Shown here: positions 16,332 through 20,557 of the stretch, in pieces
How positions within the stretch are numbered: position 1 is the first letter of the stretch
Layout of the letters: the number at the start of each line of letters is the position of its first letter
Source: Gemmatimonadota bacterium
Lineage (GTDB): Bacteria; Gemmatimonadota; Gemmatimonadetes; Longimicrobiales; RSA9
DNA length: 20,557 bases
Reading direction: 5' to 3'
Assembly: GCA_040905425.1 (NCBI GenBank)
Contig: JBBDRO010000020.1
Location: 1 to 20,557, forward strand
Program-made: the position numbers and the translations under genes
The notes under the pieces: model-generated
Told to the model about the DNA's origin: nothing
Database searches by the model: none
The model's input: only the letters and a program-made list of their open reading frames with translations

Positions 16332-17662
16332 CCCGGGAGCTCCCCGCGGTGGCCGTGGTGGGCCGTCCCAACGTGGGCAAATCCACCTTCTTCAATCGCG
16401 TTCTGGGCACCCGCCGCGCCATCGTGGAGGACCAGCCGGGCGTCACCCGCGACCGCAACTTCGCACTCGCCGAATGGGCCGGGCGGCGCTTCTGGCTGAT
16501 CGACACCGGGGGCCTCGAGCCCGGCAGTCACGAGCCCATGGCCAGGGCCGTGCGCCGCCAGGTGCAGGCCGCGCTGGACGAGGCCGACGTGATCGTCTTC
16601 CTGGTGGATGGCCGAACGGGTGTCCATCCGGTGGACGCCCAGGTGGCGGAGATCCTGCGCAGGATCGAGCGACCGGTGGTCCTGGCCGTGAACAAGCTGG
16701 ACAAGCTGCCCGACGAACTGGCCCAGCACGAGTTCTGGGAGCTCGGCCTGGGCGAGCCGCTGCCAGTCAGTTCGCTGGTGGGGAAGGGCTCGGGTGACCT
16801 GCTCGACGTCATCGTGGAGCAGCTTCCGGAGCGGGGCGCGGAGCCGGCGGATCCGGGCGTGGTCCAGGTGGCCGTGGTGGGCAAGCCGAACGTGGGCAAG
16901 TCCAGCTTCGTGAACCGCCTGCTGGGTGAGGAGCGCATGGTGGTGAGCGAGGAGGCGGGCACCACCCGCGACTCGGTGGACACGCCCATGCGCTACCACG
17001 GCCGCGAGCTGGTCTTCGTGGACACGGCGGGGCTGCGGCGCCAGGCGCGCATCAGCCGCGGCGTGGAGTACTACAGCGCGCTGCGCACCGAGCGGGCGGT
17101 GGAGCGGGCGGACGTGTGCGTGCTCCTCATGGACGCCACCGAGCCGCCGCACGTGCAGGATCTCAAGATTGCCGAGAAGGCGTGGCGCGCCGGCTGCGGA
17201 CTCATCATCGTGGCCAACAAGTGGGATCTGGTGGAGAAGGAGACCGCCACGGCCAAGGAGTGGGCGAGCACGCTCAAGGCGCGGGCGCGGCAGCTCCGCT
17301 GGGTACCTGTGCTCTTCACCTCGGCGCTCACCGGCCAGCGCGTGCAGAAGATCCTGGACATGGTGGTCCAGGTGGCCGACACACGCTGCCACCGCGTGGC
17401 CACGCGGGACGTCAATGACGTGGTCCGGGAACTGGCGGGGCGCCGGCCGCCACCCCATTATCGAGGCATGCCGGTGAAGCTGCTCTACGCCACGCAGGCG
17501 GCCGTGGCGCCGCCCACGTTCGTCATCTTCGGCAACCACCCCAAGGCGGTCACGGAGTCCTACCTCCGCTATCTGCAGAACGGCTTCCGCGCGCGCTGGG
17601 GGTTCGAAGGCGTGCCCATCCGCATCCGCCTCCGCCGGCGCAGGGAGGAGCGGACCGCATGA
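16328..17662 (+). CDS. der: Ribosome biogenesis GTPase Der (EngA)
   Basis: Two G domains (GRPNVGKS/DTGG/NKLD and GKPNVGKS/DTAG/NKWD) plus a KH-like C-terminus (YLRYLQN...GVPIRI). GTGA overlap with the upstream gene. Confidence 0.98.
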   Translation: MTRELPAVAVVGRPNVGKSTFFNRVLGTRRAIVEDQPGVTRDRNFALAEWAGRRFWLIDTGGLEPGSHEPMARAVRRQVQAALDEADVIVFLVDGRTGVHPVDAQVAEILRRIERPVVLAVNKLDKLPDELAQHEFWELGLGEPLPVSSLVGKGSGDLLDVIVEQLPERGAEPADPGVVQVAVVGKPNVGKSSFVNRLLGEERMVVSEEAGTTRDSVDTPMRYHGRELVFVDTAGLRRQARISRGVEYYSALRTERAVERADVCVLLMDATEPPHVQDLKIAEKAWRAGCGLIIVANKWDLVEKETATAKEWASTLKARARQLRWVPVLFTSALTGQRVQKILDMVVQVADTRCHRVATRDVNDVVRELAGRRPPPHYRGMPVKLLYATQAAVAPPTFVIFGNHPKAVTESYLRYLQNGFRARWGFEGVPIRIRLRRRREERTA

Positions 17663-17703
17663 CCCCCGGGATCGCACGCACAACGCCCTACCCGCCGTGC
17701 TGA
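17659..17703 (+). other. Possible 14-codon mini-ORF (MTPGIARTTPYPPC) between der and plsY
   Basis: Strong SD GGAGGAG at 17644-17650, ATG 17659 overlapping the der stop (ATGA), TGA at 17701-17703. Out of frame with plsY. Confidence 0.35.
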
Positions 17704-17710
17704 GCCCGCT

Positions 17711-18388
17711 GTGATGACCGCTCCCCTGCTGGCCGTGGCCGCCTACCTGACGGGGGCCTTTCCCACCAGTTTCGTGGTCGGCCGCGCCTTCCACGGCATC
17801 GACCTGCGCGCGCACGGCAGCGGCAATCTGGGTGCCACAAACGCCTACCGGGTGCTCGGCTGGCGCGCGGCCGTACCGATCTTCCTGGTGGACATCTTCA
17901 AGGGCTGGCTGCCCGTCTTCTGGTTCCCCATGCTGGACGGCAGCCCCGCACCGGAGTGGGCCCTGCTGTACGGCACGGGCGCCATCGTGGGCCACGTCTA
18001 TTCGGCGTACGTGGGGTTTAAAGGGGGCAAGGGCGTGGCCACCGGCGCCGGTGTCTTCCTGGCCCTGGCACCCGTGGCCGTCCTGGTGGGGCTGGCCGTC
18101 TGGGCCGGCCTGGTGTTCACCACACGCATGGTGTCCCTGGGCTCGATCGCGGCCGCGGCCACCCTCCCGCTCGTGGTCTTCCTCACCGAAGGCACGGGCC
18201 CTGTGTTCTACCTGGCGGCGGCGCTGGCGGCCTTCGTGATCTGGGCACACCGGGCCAACATCCGGCGGCTCGTGCGCGGCGACGAACTCCGGTTCGTGCG
18301 CCGCGTCGGCACGACGGCCCGTGCCGAGAACGCCGAGTCGGCATCCTCGAACGACGGCGCGCCGGTCCACACGCCGGAGGACCGATGA
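17711..18388 (+). CDS. plsY: Acyl-phosphate:glycerol-3-phosphate acyltransferase
   Basis: HGSGNLGATNAYR, DIFKG, GHVYS..FKGGKGVAT and HRANIRRL..G.E, with several TM helices. Start is GTG 17711 or ATG 17714. Confidence 0.96.
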   Translation: MMTAPLLAVAAYLTGAFPTSFVVGRAFHGIDLRAHGSGNLGATNAYRVLGWRAAVPIFLVDIFKGWLPVFWFPMLDGSPAPEWALLYGTGAIVGHVYSAYVGFKGGKGVATGAGVFLALAPVAVLVGLAVWAGLVFTTRMVSLGSIAAAATLPLVVFLTEGTGPVFYLAAALAAFVIWAHRANIRRLVRGDELRFVRRVGTTARAENAESASSNDGAPVHTPEDR

Positions 18389-19419
18389 GTGCGCCCGTGG
18401 CGGACGGCGGGCCGCTGCGCGCGGCCGTCATCGGGGCCGGCAGCTGGGGCACGGCGCTGGCGCATCACCTGGCGCGCGGCGAGCACGAGGTGGTGGCGTG
18501 GGCCCGCTCGGCGGACCTGGCCGAGGGCATCAACACGGCCCACATGAACCCGCGCTACCTGCGCGGCCTGGCTCTGCACCCGACGCTGCGTGCGAGCACG
18601 GAGCTGGAAGCCGCCGTGGCGGGCGCCCGGCTGGTGGTCTACGCCAGCCCCGCACAGCACATCCGCGCCATCATGGAGCGGGCCGCCCCACACGTGGCGG
18701 GCAACGCCGTGGTGGTGAGCGCCTCCAAGGGCATCGAGACCAGCACCCTCGAGACCATGGCGGAGGTGCTGGGTGACGTCCTGCCCGCCGCTGTGGCGGG
18801 GCGCGCCTGCTTCCTGTCGGGTCCCAGCTTTGCGGAGGAGGTGGTGCTGGGCCAGCCCACGGCGGTCACCATTGCCAGCCGCGACGCGGCGGCCGCCCGC
18901 CTGGCGCAGGAGGCCTTCCAGACGGACACTTTCCGCGCCTACACCAGCCACGACGTCATGGGCGTGGAGATGGGCGGCGCGCTCAAAAACGTGGTGGCCA
19001 TGGCGGCCGGGATGGTGGCCGGTCTGGGGCTCGGCCACAACGCCATGGCGGCGCTCATCACGCGCGGCCTTGCCGAGATCATCCGGCTGGCCGAGGCCAT
19101 GGGTGGCCAGGCCATCACGCTCTCGGGCCTGGCCGGGGTGGGTGACCTGATCCTCACCTGTACGGGCGGACTCAGCCGTAACCGGCACGTGGGCGTGGAG
19201 CTGGGCAAGGGCAGGACCCTCGAGCAGATTCTGGCCGACATGGAGCAGGTGGCCGAGGGCGTGGAGACCACACGGGCGGCGCACGCGCTGGCCCGCCGCG
19301 AGGGGATCGAGATGCCCATCGTGGACCAGGTGCACGCCGTTCTCTTCGAGAACCTGCCCGCCGCCGAAGCGCTCGAGATCCTCATGCTGCGGGACCCCAA
19401 ATCGGAGATCTGGACGTGA
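18385..19419 (+). CDS. gpsA: NAD(P)H-dependent glycerol-3-phosphate dehydrogenase
   Basis: GAGSWGTALA, SKGIE, LSGPSFA, GGALKNV, GLAGVGDLILTC, SRN and AEGV. SD GGAGG at 18376-18380. ATGA overlap with plsY. Confidence 0.97.
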   Translation: MSAPVADGGPLRAAVIGAGSWGTALAHHLARGEHEVVAWARSADLAEGINTAHMNPRYLRGLALHPTLRASTELEAAVAGARLVVYASPAQHIRAIMERAAPHVAGNAVVVSASKGIETSTLETMAEVLGDVLPAAVAGRACFLSGPSFAEEVVLGQPTAVTIASRDAAAARLAQEAFQTDTFRAYTSHDVMGVEMGGALKNVVAMAAGMVAGLGLGHNAMAALITRGLAEIIRLAEAMGGQAITLSGLAGVGDLILTCTGGLSRNRHVGVELGKGRTLEQILADMEQVAEGVETTRAAHALARREGIEMPIVDQVHAVLFENLPAAEALEILMLRDPKSEIWT

Positions 19420-19799
19420 GCCGCGACCAGCAGCCCGTACCGCGACCGGTGGCGCCCCGCGAGTACTATTCGATTGGCGAGGCGTGTGAGCTGACAGGCC
19501 TGGAGGCCCATGTCCTGCGCTACTGGGAGCAAAAGTTTCCCGAGCTCTCCCCCTCCAAGAATCGCTCCGGCAATCGCGTATACCAGCGCAAGGAGATCCG
19601 GCTCATCCTGCTGGTGAAGCGGCTGCTCTATGATGACAAGTACACCATCGAGGGCGCCCGGGCACGCCTCGAGGAGATCCGGCGCGGCGGCACCCTCGAC
19701 AACGAGGGCAGGGAAGCGCTGGACGCGGAGACGCTCCGGGGTTTGCGTGCCGATCTGCACGAACTCTCCGGCCTCCTGCGGCACGACGCGGGCGGCTGA
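19416..19799 (+). CDS. MerR-family HTH transcriptional regulator (short, effector-domain-less type)
   Basis: YYSIGEACELTGLEAHVLRYWE...GNRVY...LLYDDKYTIEGAR. SD GGAG at 19404-19407. GTGA overlap with gpsA. Confidence 0.9.
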   Translation: MSRDQQPVPRPVAPREYYSIGEACELTGLEAHVLRYWEQKFPELSPSKNRSGNRVYQRKEIRLILLVKRLLYDDKYTIEGARARLEEIRRGGTLDNEGREALDAETLRGLRADLHELSGLLRHDAGG

Positions 19800-20548
19800 T
19801 GCGCATCCTGGTCACGAACGATGACGGCTACCTGGCGCGCGGCATCGGCATGCTGCGCCGCTCGGCGGCGGCGCTGGGAGACGTCCGGGTGGTGGCACCC
19901 GACCGGGAGCAGAGCGCCACGAGCCACTCCCTCACACTGCACCATCCCCTGCGCGTGCGCGGGGTGGACACCGGCGTGCAGGTGGTGGACGGCACCCCGA
20001 CCGACTGCGTGGTGCTGGCCGTGGGCGAACTGCTGGACGAGAAGCCCGACTTCGTCCTGTCGGGCGTGAACCAGGGCGCCAACCTGGGCGATGACGTGCT
20101 CTACTCCGGTACGGTAGCCGCCGCCATGGAGGCCACGATCCTGGGGGTGCGCGCCGTGGCCGTGTCCTACTGCGGGCGGGACCTGGACGAGCTGGAGGCC
20201 TGGGAGGAGCCGCTCACCAGGCTGCTCCGCTCGCTGCTCACGCGGGACGATTTCCCGCAGCAGACGTTGCTGAACGTGAATCTGCCCCCTGTGCCCCCTG
20301 AGGATGCGCGCGGGGTGCGCGTCACCACACTGGGGCGGCGCGCCTATCTGGGCTCCCTCACGCGGGCGCAGGATCCCTCGGGCCGCGAGTACTTCTGGGT
20401 GGGCGGCGGGGAGAGCAAGTGGTGGGGCGGGCCGGCATCGGACTTCCGCGCCATCCACGACAACTGCGTCTCCGTGACGCCCCTGCATCTGGATCTCACC
20501 AACCATGCGCTGCTGAAGGACATCGGCCAGTGGGAGATGAAGCTGTGA
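19799..20548 (+). CDS. surE: 5'/3'-nucleotidase SurE
   Basis: ILVTNDDG, VVAPDREQSATSHSLT, GTPTDCV, SGVNQGANLG..VLYSGTVAAA, LLNVNLP and SVTPL. TGATG overlap with the MerR gene. Confidence 0.97.
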   Translation: MRILVTNDDGYLARGIGMLRRSAAALGDVRVVAPDREQSATSHSLTLHHPLRVRGVDTGVQVVDGTPTDCVVLAVGELLDEKPDFVLSGVNQGANLGDDVLYSGTVAAAMEATILGVRAVAVSYCGRDLDELEAWEEPLTRLLRSLLTRDDFPQQTLLNVNLPPVPPEDARGVRVTTLGRRAYLGSLTRAQDPSGREYFWVGGGESKWWGGPASDFRAIHDNCVSVTPLHLDLTNHALLKDIGQWEMKL

Positions 20549-20557
20549 GCGGGGCCG
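20545..20557 (+). CDS. Probable start of the next gene, truncated by the window edge
   Basis: GTGA overlap with the surE stop and SD GGGAG at 20532-20536. Only 4 codons are visible, so no product can be assigned. Confidence 0.4.

Noticed and set aside
12888..17694. Shared CCTAC motif in spacers (TGCCTAC at 12888 and 14425; CCCTACCCG at 17686)
   Set aside because: Too short, and inconsistently placed relative to -35 boxes and start codons, to separate from chance.
14871..19335. Long minus-strand ORFs (476, 753 and 375 aa) opposite DUF512, der, plsY and gpsA
   Set aside because: Same high-GC antisense artefact; they overlap conserved housekeeping genes.

Overview
A very GC-rich bacterial core-genome window (visual estimate above 70% GC). 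It holds 18 complete protein-coding genes, all on the + strand, many joined by ATGA/GTGA/TTGA/TGATG stop-start overlaps. The order is lpxK, nadB, Glu dehydrogenase, rlmH, bshC, a small TM/coiled-coil protein, murJ, uvrC, gltX, larC, an exported TPR protein, a zinc-ribbon/B-box/DUF2007-like protein, a PDZ/radical SAM DUF512-like protein, der, plsY, gpsA, a MerR-family regulator and surE. LpxK implies an LPS-producing diderm. The gene mix suggests Gemmatimonadota, but that is inference. I found no mobile element, CRISPR array, tRNA/rRNA or defence island, and no clear-cut novel multi-gene system. The best leads are: (1) a probably leaderless small membrane protein coupled to murJ; (2) a GluRS with atypical, non-discriminating-like motifs coupled to an orphan larC; (3) an unusual multi-zinc/DUF2007-like protein behind an exported TPR protein; (4) an uncharacterised radical SAM gene heading der-plsY-gpsA; (5) a candidate sigma54 promoter written in rare codons inside nadB; (6) a 14-codon bridging ORF between der and plsY. 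All family assignments come from motif recognition by eye; no searches were run.
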